Shown here piece after piece: positions 46,901 to 59,700 of a stretch of DNA of 64,000 nt. Made by a program: the position numbers and the translations under genes. The first letter of the stretch is position 1; each line of letters begins with the position of its first letter. The DNA is from Hypanus sabinus (lineage: Eukaryota): NCBI RefSeq assembly GCF_030144855.1, contig NC_082715.1, positions 135,160,001-135,224,000 on the forward strand, written 5' to 3'. Below the pieces are notes generated by a model. That model saw only the letters and a list, made by a program, of their open reading frames with translations, was not told the DNA's origin and did not search any database.

Positions 46901-47421
46901 AGGAGATGGGGAAGTGTTTCTGTCAGGGCCCAGGCCCTTTCCAGGTTTTTAAAACTTAGAAAAATCTCTACCCCACAGCCTCAAGTGATGGAAACTGCAC
47001 AAGAGCCTAAAGGTAGTGATAACCTGTGTAATACAAGCAGGAATGCATCAGTTAGAAGATATGTGGAATTTGTCACTTCGGTACCAGGGTACCAGCTTGT
47101 ACAGGTAATTTTTAATCTCACTGAAATAATGGTGCTTACCTACAATGATGCAAGTATTTACTCACCTTTTTGGAAGATAACTAAGCAGCAGTGAATTTAA
47201 GTCTGTCAAAAGTAGAAGAGGTAGCAAGAGTTATCACCCTAGATATAGCAGAATTGGAAAACCAGATATAGTCTCTTCTGAAAATATGAGATATTACTGG
47301 AGCAGACTATAAAGAATAGGTACAAGCTAATCAGATTGGTCGAGATGCATCCCAGGTAACTCTGGATGTGGTTAAATTTCTGAAGCACCTTCAAGATACA
47401 ACAAATCTGATTAATGACCAC

Positions 47422-49962
47422 TCTGACTCTGACCTTCCAATGAGTATTAGCTCATGGACCTCCAATTTCTCTCTCCTGAAGTCTACAACCAGTTCCTTGG
47501 TCTTATTTTTTTTATAATTCAAATTTTTAATATTATTTATTCTTATTTTACAAAGCAGCACAGCATATCATAGAGCAGATACAGTACAGCATATTGATAC
47601 AGCCATTCCATGACAGGAAAACATATAAAATTAAGAAACAGAAAAAAACTTCTAATTTACGTTTAAATTAACATACAATTAAAATTGATCCCACGTGTCT
47701 TACACTTTTCCCTCACTGTTAATTCTTCCCAACATGTGTTTATGTGATGAAATCTGAACCATTTCCTCAGTCCATTCCCACACATTGGGTCATCTGGGTT
47801 TTTTTTCCAGTTTTGCAATATAATTCTTGCAGCTATGATGAGACCCACCTTTAAAATAGTAAATTTGTCATTCCTTATATTAGGTATCATTGTCTTATCA
47901 CCCAGGATACAAAGTCATGGGCACAAGGGCAGTGTAGGACCCGACCAATTCCCCAACAAAAACTGAGGTGGTTGTTACTACACATTCAATCCCCAAGTTT
48001 TCAATCTCAATGAATGTATGCTGATTTATCACCCGCAACAGTGGTGTCATCAGCAAACTTATATATTGGAGCTGTACTTAGCCACACAGTCACAGGTGTA
48101 AAGCAAGTAGAGCAGGGGACTGAGCACTCATCCCTCTGGTGCTCCTATGCTGATGGAGATCGTGGAGATGGTTTTACAAATTTGAACTGACTGGGTCCTG
48201 CAAGTGAGAAAATCCAGGATCCAGTTGCACAAGGGGGTATTAAGACCTAGGTCTTGGAGTTTACTGATTAATTTTGAGGGGATGCTGGCATTAAATGCTC
48301 AATTGTGTTTGATGAAGAGCATCTTGATGTAAGATCTGTCCGGGCACTGGAGCAGGGATCCAATTGCAGACCCAGTACTGTAAACACAGTGATATTAATT
48401 GAGTAACAAATCCCGAGGTGCAAACAAAGTCGGCATCAAAGTTCAGGCAGAGATCAAAACATCCAGAGAAATCCAAAAACCAGAATCAGGAAAGCAGGCA
48501 AGTCGATATTCAGACAGACAGAGTTCAGCTACGAATGCTGGAAAGGCTCAGGGAAATTAAATGGTACAATCTAGCAACAAACAGGTGAAAACACAGGACT
48601 GAAATACACTCAGCAATAAACAAAGGCAGATGATAGGTGGAGCACAATGAGACACAGGTACAGCAACACAGGTAATAATGAGAAACAGGTGAGAGATGGA
48701 GTGGAACAGGGACAGGAGCACATGGCAATACAAAACCACAGACTGACAGCACTCCTGGCACGTGGAGCTGGCTGCTGGTGATGAAAGTCTGGTCCAGAAT
48801 ATTATGGGCGGGGACCCAGCATCTTTTGTCAGGACTGTAGCCCTCCCAGTCCACAAGGTACTAGATGCCACGGCCTTAGTGACGAACATCCAGTAATTGA
48901 CACACCGTGAAGGCCCCTGACCCATGAAAGGCTTAATGCAGGACAGATGGAAGGTGGGATAATGTGGTGGAGAGTGGAGGGGAGATTGAGATGGAGAGCA
49001 GCAGGGCTGATGACTTCAGCAATGGGAAAGGGGCCGTTAAATTGAGGAGCGAGCTGCAGGAATCCACATTGAGCAGCAGATATCGGGTTGAAAGCCACAC
49101 ATGCTGTCCCTGGCAGTAATGTGGGGTCTTGGTACGATGGAGGTCAGCTTGATGCTTGGTCCTGGCAGAGGAACAGAGCAGGGTAGTGAGTAGTCCATGC
49201 CCGCTGTCAATGGCGGATGAGTGCCTCAGCAGATGGAATGCCAACCTCCTCCTCCTTCGCAGGAAACAGTGAAGGTTGGTAGCCAAGGCAGCACTCGAAG
49301 GGGGAACAGGCCAGTAGGTGAGGACAGATGAGAGTTTAGGCATAGCTGCTGACTCCATGCAGAGGGGTTCTGGGAGACTAGACACCGCAATACAGTCTCT
49401 AGCTGTTGGTTGGCCTGCTCGGTCTGGCCATTGGTTTGTGGTTGGAATCCTGAAGACAGACTCACTGAGGCACCCAGAAGATTACAGAGTACCCTTCAGA
49501 AGTTAGATATGAATTGAGACACAATATCTACAGGTAAATCATGTAATTTAAAAACATGCAAAACTAGTAAATTGGCTGTTTCTTTGGCAGAGGAGAGTTT
49601 AGGTAAAGGAATGAAGTGTACAGACTTGGAGAAATGATCAACTGCTGTGAGGATGGTGGTATTACCATCTGATGGGGAAGACTGGTGACAAAGTCCAGGG
49701 CTATGTGGGACCAGGGTCTCTTGGGGATAGACAGGGGTTGGAACAGACCAGCTGGTGACCAGTTAGGGTTCTTGCCTTAAGCACAGACCAAGCAGGCTGA
49801 GACAAAGTTGTGGATGTCACCTCCCATGGAGGGCCACCAGAACCGCCGACTGATGGAGGACTGAGTACGCTTGGTTCCAGGGTGACGGGATAACCGGGAA
49901 GAATGACCCCAATGCAATAGACAGAGCTGGGAACATAAACACAGTTAATGGGGCATCGACTG
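47422..49962 (-). repeat. Direct duplicate of 27330-29520 (Rex/Babar fragment plus chromodomain Gypsy 3' LTR and integrase)
   Basis: Same LINE/LTR junction (GATC|TGTC) at 27791-27799 and ~48332-48340, so one insertion event was duplicated. Confidence 0.92.
47507..47965 (-). mobile_element. Short 3' fragment of an L1/Tx1-type LINE
   Basis: Poly(T) at the left end; ORF 47663-47890 (AARIILQNWKK); absent from the paralogous site at ~27416-27428. Confidence 0.75.
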
Positions 49963-50819
49963 GGATCAGCAGTAACGCCATGAAAGAGAATTTATTCTCT
50001 CAAGGAAAGCCTCTCCTTTAACTGACTGTAAATCAATTTGGACTTTCGCATTACTACTTTTAAGAACTGTTTTCGCATTCTTGCTTTAAGAACTGTTCGA
50101 GCTGCCGTATTGCAGCTGACTTTTGGTTAAGTTAATCGTTTGTTTACTTTTGGGTTTTTTACAGTGTTTAATACAGTGTTTTATTTGTTATAAAAAAAAC
50201 CTGTCTCAAATCATATATTCATTGTTGCTAATTTGTAACACTGGATCATTAGGATCTCTTCTGGAGAAGGTATTGGAATGAGCTCTTCTGGCTTGTGTGG
50301 AGAGCCAGAAAGTGTTGGGTTCTGAAGGTTTCTTTGAGCACCTGGATTTGTTAATTCTTGTGACTCCTTGGCAATTTCTGTTTCAGCTTCTTCAGTTGAC
50401 TTTGGCTGGCATGGATTTTCCAAGTTATGGAATTATTTAAAGTGGACTCCCAAATAGTGCTTATTGGAGGGGGGGGGGGGGTCCTGGTTTTGAGAATGTT
50501 TGATCTCACAATGTCACTCAGTTGAGGCACTGATGTTCATTTGGAAGTCCTATGTATAAACACTTTTCATCTCCCCATTGGACTCTGTCATTCTTTCACA
50601 CCTGCATTGTTAATGTTAGCGCTCACCTTGACAAAAGGAACCCTTGATATAATTGACTCTGGAGGATGAACTGTCGATTGGACATCAGTTGGCTGAAGGT
50701 GAGGCTGCCATCTATTCTAGTCCATGTTCCGGGTGTCTCAAACTTCTCCAGTCTACGTCCAAGGTTGAGAAGGGAGTCTGTTATTCCTCTGCACCTGGGT
50801 ACAGTTATTACTAATGCTC

Positions 50820-53800
50820 ACCATGAGAGGTATGAATGACACAGAAAGGATGGGTTACACCTGAAACCAAAGGAAGAAGTTGAGGTCCATTATTAAGGAT
50901 GAGATTTTGGGGTACTTGAAAGGACATGATAAAATATGCCAAATGGGAAAACTTGCCTGAGAAATCAGTTGGAATTCTTTGAGGAAATAATAGGCAGGAT
51001 AGGCAAAGGAGAGTCAGTGGATATTGTGCACTTGGATGTTGAGAAGGCCCTTTATATAGTTCCACACGTGAGGTTGCTAAAGAAGCCAAGGTTATAAAAG
51101 AAAAGATACTAGCATGGGTAGAGTATTGCCTGATTGGCAGGAGGAAAAGTGTGGGAATAAAGGGATCCTGTTCGGATTGACTTTTGGTGACTAGTGGTGT
51201 TCCACAGGGGTCTGTATGGGGATGGTTCTTGGAAAACTGAAAAGTCTGAGGTACCTGGAAAAGAGGGTACACACCCAGTGGTTCTGTAAAAGATTGAAGA
51301 GATTGTGGAGGAATTAGTAATGATCTTTCAAGAATCAATTGATTCTGGCATGGTTCTGGAGGAATGGAAAATTGCAAATGTGACTCGACGCTTCAAGAAA
51401 GGAAAGAGGCAGAAGAAATTGTTGGCCAGTTAGTGTAACCTCAGTGGCTGGTATGATCTTGGAGTCGATCGTTAATGATGTGGTTTTGGGATACTTAGAG
51501 GCACATGATAATAGTCTGCAGTCAACATGATTTCCTCAAGGGAACATCTTGCCTGACAAATCTATTGGTAATGATAAGTACGATAAAAAAAGAGGATCAG
51601 TGGATGTTGTGCACTGGGATTTTCAGGAGGTCTTTGACAAGGTACCATACATTAGGCTGCTTAACAACTTGAGAGTCCATGGTTATTACAAGAAAGATAC
51701 TAGCATGGATAGAGCATTGGCTGATTGGCAGGTGGCAAAGAGAGGGAATAAAGGGAGCCTTTTTTGGTTGGCTGCTGGTGTTCCACAAGGGTTTGCTTCT
51801 TTTTACATTTTATGTCAATGATCTGGATGACAGAATTGATGGGTTTGTGGCTAAGTTTGAGGACAATACAAAGATAGATGGAGGAAATAGAGAGGCTATA
51901 GAAGGATTAGATAGATTAGGACAGACTTTCTCATCCTTTTGACCTGAAGGAACCCTTGAAGTAATTTTCAGGTCTCAAGGAACCCCTGCATAAAAATTAT
52001 TATATCTACAGCTTATGGTACATTGGCGTGGTTAGTAAGTTGTTAAAATAATTGTCAATGCTCTTTTGAGTAGAGAATGAATTTTAGCCAACCTTTCTTA
52101 AAATTAATCTTTCTTTCCTGTTCATGAATTTTTAAAACTCATAAGGCAAAAATAATAAATTCCTGTTAAAGAACTGCCTTAAGCCAAATTGGGATATAAT
52201 TTTTCTAAAGGTAGTTTTGGTAGATTTAATTTAAGTAAAGATTATAAACAGATTTTAATTAAAAGCTTTACTATTTGTTTTGAGATTCCAACAGCGGTTT
52301 AAAATAATCAGCACTTTTACGTGTCATATGGCTGTGATTTGTACTTAAGTGTCTTTTCAGTTTTTCTGGAGCCATTGCTGCATGTGTAAGTTGTTTGCAT
52401 AGTCTCCGTACAATGGACTAGGACAACTTGGATCCCCAGTCCATGGAAAAGCCAGTGATAAGCAGCTTTCATTATCAAGACAGACTGTATAAGAAGAATG
52501 GCATAATAAATAACTAAATGAGAAAACCGCAGGAGTACGATAGCTTCACCTTACAATTCACTTCTAACCTACACAATCCACCTTTTGCAACGTTTACAAC
52601 AACAAGCAAAGTGGTAGACCAGCAGCTGAGATACAGCACTTAAAAATTGTCTCTTTAGAATGAAAATTTCCCTCAATTTTCTACTACACCGGTAGAGTTT
52701 GTTCACTCCTATAAGTCAGTTGGTGGCATGTAACAGGAAGTCAGGAGAGTTAATTCGAGTAGGAGATGCTGATGTCACAGCACAAGTTGTGTGTCCATTC
52801 AATACACGGAAAGTGCACTTCACTCTCCCCAATGTCCTATTGTCCTCCCCTCCGTGCAATACAGCGCTTACCAATTATCAACAGCTTCCCCCTATCTTGC
52901 GTCAAAAACTGAAAACTGACTCAATCAAATAAACACCGTTCCACTGCCCACCACTGAGAATGCTAGCATTGTGCATTGTAAAAAGTTCAAAAAGCAATGT
53001 TTATTTTTTTAAATCATGATCTCTTGCGGAACCCCTAGCGACCTCTCACGGAACCCTGGTTGAGAATTCCTGGATTGGGATAATGGGCAAATAAGTGGCA
53101 GATGGAATACAGTGTTGGGAAGTTTATGGTCATGCATTTTGATAGAGAAAAATAAAAGCATAAACTGCTTTCTGAATGGAGAGACGATTCAAAAACCTGT
53201 GGTGTAAAGGGATTTGGGGGTCTTTGTGCAGCATTTCCTAAAGGTTAATTTACAGGTTGAGTCAGTAGAGAGGAAACAAATGCAATGTTAGCATTCATTT
53301 TGAGAAAACTAGAATATAAAAGCAAGAATGCAATAATAAGGCTTTATAAAGCACTGGTAAGGCCTCACTTGGAGTACTGTGATCAGGTTTGGACCCCCTT
53401 TCAAAGAAAGGATGCGCTGACATTGGAGAGGTTTCAAAGGAGGTTCACAACATTGATTCCAGGACTGAAAGAGTAATGAATGAATTGCATTATGTATAGT
53501 TCTTGGCCAGTACTCACTGGAGATTAGGATAATGTGGGAGGACCTTGAATATTGAAAGGCCTAGGTAGACTGGATGTGATGAGGATGTTTCCTATGGTGG
53601 GAGAGTTTCGGACCAGAGGGCACAGCTTCAGAATAGAGGGACATTCCTTTAGAATAGATATGAGGAAGAATTTCTTTAGCTAGAGTGTTGTGTATCTGTA
53701 GTATTCATTGCCACAGATGGCTGTTTAGGCTAAGCCATTGGGTATGGCTAAAGTGGAGGTAGATCAGCTCTTGATTGGTAAGGGTGTCAAAGCTTATGGG

Positions 53801-53900
53801 GCAAAAATGGGAGAATGAGGCTGAGAGGGTTAATAAATCAGCCATGATAGAATGTCTGAGTAGACTCTATGGCCTAATTCTGCTCTTAGGTCATGGTTAT
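50820..53900 (+). mobile_element. Rearranged CR1 LINE fragments, interrupted by a hAT element
   Basis: DFQEVFDKVP, KFEDNTKI, LYKALVRPHLEYC.Q.W.P motifs. Confidence 0.85.
51922..53072 (-). mobile_element. Non-autonomous hAT (Charlie/Buster-like) DNA transposon with BED-finger remnant
   Basis: Imperfect TIRs CAGACTTTCTCATCC / GGTTGAGAATTCCTG; 8-bp TSD GATTAGGA (51914-51921) / GATTGGGA (53073-53080). Minus-strand WTGDPSCPSPL...AMAPEKLKRHLSTNH...ADYF at ~52270-52480. Confidence 0.85.
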
Positions 53901-54289
53901 TCAACAGAGTTGTGGCCGATCTACCCTGATCCCAGCTCCTCTGTCTGTTTCCTTGCCTCTCAGTTCCTCACTCATTAAATATTTATCTATCTCCACCTGA
54001 AGCATATCCAGTCACCTGACCTCCCCATCTACTGGGCCAGAGAATACCGGAGTTTGTACACACAGGCATACAATTCTAGAAATTCTCATAGGTCTCCACT
54101 TGGAGTCAGTGGCCCCTTATTTTGCAGTAATCAACCAATTTGTGTCTCTCTTACTAATGAAGAGAGGTCCATCAAAATGCTCAACAGGTACCCTATCAAG
54201 CCCCTTAGGATTGTATGTGAAATTCAAGGCCATATTAGCTCACCTCTGCTGGTATCATCCCGAGAATTAAAGAAAAAAAGGGTAAAATA

Positions 54290-55040
54290 ATAAATAAATA
54301 AGGGATGGGGTAAGAAGGTGAGGGGGTATTAACAGAAGTTAGAGAAATCACTGTTCATGCTATCAGGTTGGAGGCTACCTAGATGGAACATAAGGTGTTG
54401 TTTCTTCAACCTGAGTGTGGCTTCATCTTGACAGTAGAGGAGGCCATGGATAGACATATCAGAATTGGAATGGGAGTGGAATTACAATGTGTGGCGACTG
54501 GGAGATACTGCTTTCTCTGGTGGACAGAGCGTAGTTGTTCAGCGAAACGGTCTCCTAGACTGTGTTGGGTCTCACCAACATATAGAAGGCTGCACCGGGC
54601 GCAGTATATCACACCATCCTTTATTTATTTATTTATCTATCTATCTATCTATCTATTTATTTATTTATTTGTTTATTCCCTTATTTCTTCTTTTCTCTCT
54701 CTCTGTCCCTCCCTCTCACAATCACTCCATGTCTGTTCTTCATCTCCTCTGGTGCTCCCCTCCCCATTACTTTCTCCCTAGGCCTCCCATGCTATGATAC
54801 TTTACCTTCTCCAGCTGTGTATCCCTTTTGCCAATCAACTTTCCAGCTGTTAGCTTCATCCCTCCCCCTCCTGTCTTCTCCTAACATTTCAGACCTCCCC
54901 CTCCCACTTTCAAATCTCTTACTATTTGTTCTTTCAGTTATTCCTTATGAAGGGTGTGGGCCCGAAACGTCGACTGTACCTCTTCCTATAGATGCTGTCT
55001 GGCCTGCCGTGTTCCACCAGCATTTTGTGTGTGTTGCATG
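54290..55040. mobile_element. Penelope-like element fragment: GIY-YIG remnant (minus) joined to inverted 3' terminal repeat (plus)
   Basis: ORF 54406-54612 IYCARCSLLYVGET...DRFAE...PVATH.N; terminal motif ...GGCCCGAAACGTCGACTG...CAGCATTTTGTGTGT. Confidence 0.85.
54620..54676 (+). repeat. Compound microsatellite (TTTA)n/(TCTA)n
   Basis: Seen directly. Confidence 0.9.
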
Positions 55041-55879
55041 CTCCAAAAGATGGTGGATTCATCCCAAATACGTTGGTAAAACCCTCCCAACCATTTGGCA
55101 CAAGTACATGAAGATCTGTTGTAGAAAACCAGCATCCATCGTCAAAGATAACCACCTCTTATAAAAGAGCCTCAGGACTTGCACCAGCAGGTTCAAGAGA
55201 AGTTACTACCCCTCAGTCATCAGGCTCTTGAACATAAGGGGATAACTACACTCACCTGCCCACCTATTGAGATATTCCCAATATCAATGATCTCACTTTA
55301 AGGACTCTTTTGTTATTTCATACTCTGGTTATTTCTGTCTATTTGGTTTTGAACAGTTTTTCTTACAGAGTGGTGGTTGCTTGGAATGCACTGCCAGCGA
55401 CGGTGGTAGAGGTGGATACAATAGGATCTTTTAAGAGAGGTACATGGAGTTTAGGAACAGTTTCTAGAGTCGGTTGCATGGTCTACACAACATTGTAAGC
55501 CGAAGGGCCTGTAATGTGCTGTACATGTCTATGTTTCTAACAGTTATCTTCTGCACTCTACTTTATCTTTCATTGAACCTTGTTCTAGTAACTATTCTTA
55601 AAGAAGAGACAATCTGCAGATGCTGGAAAGCAACACACACAAAATGCTGGAGGAACTCAGCAGGTCATGCAGTATCTATGGAAAAGAGTACAGTCGACGT
55701 TTAGGGCCGAGACCCTTCAGCAGGACTTCAGCATTTTATGTGTACTACTAGTTACCATTCTATAGATTTGGTGAGTATGCCCGCAGAAATAGAAGAATCC
55801 CAGGATTGTATGTTTGCACTTTGATGGTAAGATTTACTTTGAACTTCGGTACCTTGTTTTACACAGAAGCTCCCACTTC

Positions 55880-56350
55880 AGAATTCGCCGTCACCCAGCG
55901 ATCAAATGCGCAGGCGCGGGAGGAGACCGGGTTCCGAATATCGCGCATGCGCACAGTTGACAAAAGGACTCGAGAGGATTTGGTAAGAGGTCGAAACATG
56001 GCTCCGAGCGGGATTTTAATCAGCGCCCATGCCCGCACTGCAGCTGAGGGACAATTGCTGTGAGTTCCGGTCACACTGTGGCCCCACAAACTCGGGACAG
56101 TCCGCGTCCATTTCCTCTCTCTCAGCACCACGACCCGCACCCGAATCCCGCTGAGGAGCGAAGGTGCTGGTGTTTCGCGGCGCAAGCGCATCACTGGGTT
56201 CGTGGTAGATGGGTCTCTCATTCGTGGTGTTTTCTGGGTAAAGAGGCAGCCATTTTCCTTGTCAGCCCGTAGGTGTTTTTAGAAGCACAGCAATTGGATC
56301 TCTCAGATACTGCCAAACTCCAGCTACTGAAATCCAAGGATTAGGAACTG
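55880..56350 (+). promoter_or_regulatory. CpG-rich promoter / first exon of a third ZNF paralog
   Basis: Homologous to 37230-37740 (CCCAGCGATCAA.TGCGCAGGCG; GCGCATGCGCA at ~55943; donor GTGAGTTCCGG at 56060). Confidence 0.68.
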
Positions 56351-56789
56351 GGATCATAAAATATACTTCCCGAGTTAATCTCGGATAAAGAGTTTACAGT
56401 CAATGATAATATAAATTAGTGCTGCATGGAAAAAAATAACAAGAAACCTCGCATCAGCTTTAAGAGAAAATCACATTTGTTCTATTTCCTCGTATTTTAG
56501 GCCTTTCTACCCTTGGACCATTCTTTCTGGGTATATTAATGATATTAAATATCTTTGTCCTGGGTAATAAGTAATCTGTGGCTTTCACATCACAGAAGTG
56601 CCACACTCCAATGAAAAAGACTACTGTCCTCCCCTTCATATTCTTTGGCATTGCTATTGATGAGCTCACCACTGCCAATCACCTGAGGGGCAGAGTCAGA
56701 GTATTTCAAAAGTGTCAAGTATCACCCATGTAATAGTATGTGCTCTTTGTATCATTGTGGAACATGACTAGAACTTGAATGATACAATG

Positions 56790-59700
56790 ACTGCATCCAA
56801 GGGAAGTGCACCCAACTTCAGCACCTCACTGACTGGATCAAGTTGTTGGAGATGTACTCAGGATCATTCGGGAGGCTGGATAATATAGATGAGACTTTTG
56901 AAGAGTTGGTCACACCCAGAGTTCAGGCTTTAGACAGTGGATTGTGACAGCAGGAGAGTTAAGGGGATTTGGAAGTCAGTGCAGAGTTCTCCTTTGACTA
57001 TTCCCCTCAGCAACAAGAATACCTCTTTGGATACAGCTTGGGGGGTAGGGGGGGGAGAGAATTGTCCAAAGGGAGGAGTGGCTGTACTGGATCTAGTGCT
57101 TAATGATTGGCCAGGTGAGCAGCTAGGAAACAGAGACCACAACTCTTTAACTTTCAGGATAGCTCCAGATAAGGATAGGTATGGTCCTTGCTGAAGAGTT
57201 TTAAATTGGAATTGGGCAAGTTATGAGGGCACAAGGTCAGAACTAGGAAGAGTTAATTGGGAACACCTGTTTTCTGGCTAGTCTACATGAGACATGTGGA
57301 AGGTGTTTAAAGATCAATTGCCCAGATTACAGAAAAGGTGTGTTCCAGTTAGATGGAAGGACAGGGATGGCAAGGTAAAAGAACTTGGATGTCCAGAGAG
57401 GTGAAGATCTAGTAACATTCATTGCAGGAGTATTTAATAGTACAGCAGAGATAAAGTCAAAAATTGACAAAATTGAGCTGGTGGTCAAAGCAGCAGTAAA
57501 CCATTTAGGGTTAGTAGGACAGACATGGGAAGAAGTGAGGGAGAACCTCACTAATCAGTCAAGCCAGGAAGTGTCGTAGGTTGGTTAGTACTCATTATGG
57601 TGATTCCTTTGCAATGGAATGCAAGGAGTTTACTGGCCAATGGCCAGGAACTTAAGGACTTTATTAAGGAAATGGTTGTAAGACCGGATGTAGTGTGTAT
57701 TCAGGAAACTTGGTTGAAACCAGCTTTAGACTTTGTGGTACATGGGTATACAATGATAAGGAAAGATAGAAATCTAGGGGGAGGAGGAGGTTGTGCTATG
57801 TTAATCAAGCAAGGTATACCATATAGAGAGTACTGGAAAAAGAATAGATCAAGAATAGATAGTGGTGGAAATGTGGGAGAGAGGGGAGGGAGTGGTTATA
57901 ATTAACTACTACAATCTATGTAAAAGGTTGAATTTGGACAGTCTGTTAAGGATACAAGGACAAAATAGACATAAAGTAGTGTGGTGTGCAGATTTCAATG
58001 CTCACAGCACAATATGGGGGGGGGGATCTGATTACAGATTCAAATGGAAAGGTAATTGAAGATCTGATGGAAGAAAGGGATTTGGTATGTATGAATGATG
58101 GTAGAGGAACAAGAATAAACACAACAACAGGAACTGAGTCGGTATTAGATATTACGTTAGTGTCTAATGTCTTGGCTGGCATTAGTAACTGTGGAGTTTG
58201 GACTGCTCCAACAGTAGGCAGTGATCACTACCCAGTTTTATGTTCAGTGGGTGAAAGAGTTGAAATGAGACCAGGTGGGGGAATCCCAAAGTGGGTGTTT
58301 GGAAAAGCAGATTGGGGTAAGTTCCAGAAGTTAAGTGAAGAAGCATTGACAAAGATTGACATTTCTGGAGATATAGATGAATTAAGCAGTCAGGTGACTT
58401 CAGCAATTAGTATGGCAGCAGAAGGATCTATACCCAGGAGTAAAAATAGGTTGAATAGAAAACTGGTTCCATGGTGGACAGAAGAATGTTGTCAGGTTGT
58501 AAAAAAACAGAAATAGAGCATTCAGGCTAGTTAAAAGAACCCATAATATGCAGCATTTGATTCAAAATAAGAAGGCACAGGCAGTGGTGAGAAGGACTAT
58601 ACGTCAAGCTAAAAGGGCAAGTTGGAGGAGTTTTTGCAACAAAATAGGAAGAACAATGCCTGTGGGAGAGGTATGGGGAATGATTAAGAGGATGGGGGAA
58701 GATAGAAGGGATTGGGAGTATCCAGTAATGATATCTGAGGAGGAAACAGCAGTCTCCAGCAGGGATAAGGTTGAGATCATGGCCAAGTCATTTGTAAAGA
58801 TACATAGTTCAGAAAATTTGTCTGAAGAAGGGAGAAGGAGAAGGGAAAGAACAATGAGTCAATACCCAGGTGAGTTAAACAGGAGGAAAGAAACAGATGA
58901 TATAATTGATGATCCATTTACTTTGGCAGAAATGGTGAGAGCAATAAAGAGATCGAGTCCAACCACCCCAGGGAAAGATCTAATATGCTATGTTATGCTA
59001 AAAAATCTAGGAGAAGGAGCGCTCTTGAGGTTACTGCATTTTTATAACAGAGTGTGGGAGGAAGGAAGATTACCAAGTGCATGGAAAGAAGCTGTAGTAA
59101 TTCCAATAAGGAAACCTGGCAAGGATCTGTCAAAACCCACTAGCTACAGGCCAATAGCACTAACATCAAATATATGTAAGGTAATGGAAAGGATGATAAC
59201 TGAAAGATTATCATATGATCTTGAGAAGAGAGGAATGTTGGCAAGTTATCAGAGTGGTTTTTAGGAAGGGAAGGAATTCCATGGACTCAGTGATAAGGTT
59301 AGAGACTGAAATAAGAAAGGCCCAGGCAAATAAAGAATCAGTAGTTGCAGTGTTTTTTGACATTGAAAAAGCCTATGATATGATGTGGAAGGAAGGATTA
59401 TTAATTAAACTGCACAAGATGGGGGTTGGGGGGAGAGTTTTTAATTGGATTAAAGATTTTTTGTTTGGTAGAAAAATTCAAGTTTGGATTGGATCTGAAT
59501 TATCAAAACAGTACATAGTGGGAAATGGCACACCTCAGGGTAGTGTGATTAGCCCGTTACTTTTCATCATTATGATCAATGATGTCTTCACAAAGGTACC
59601 AGTGGATATAGGTAGGTCACTGTTTGTGGAGGTTGGGGCCTTGTGGAAAAGAGGCAGGAACACGGAGCATATAATCAGGAAACTACAAGGAGCAATTGAT

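Larger units (their letters stand above)
36141..47420. repeat. Right arm of inverted segmental duplication (reverse complement of ~25870 to 11677, plus 5440-5476)
   Basis: Colinear inverted homology through CR1 fragments, unique upstream DNA, CpG promoter, intronic CR1, ZNF exon, 3'UTR, LTR and ERV interior. Confidence 0.95.
41690..47420 (+). mobile_element. ERV-like element copy 2 (5' LTR, PBS, coiled-coil ORF, integrase, unknown ORF region, 5' part of env), truncated at 47420
   Basis: Inverted paralog of copy 1. Integrase ORF 45076-45330 (CLIC...QIDYVGPL...GYKYILV) and 45823-46005; LTR ends TATAACA at 43319. Confidence 0.8.
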
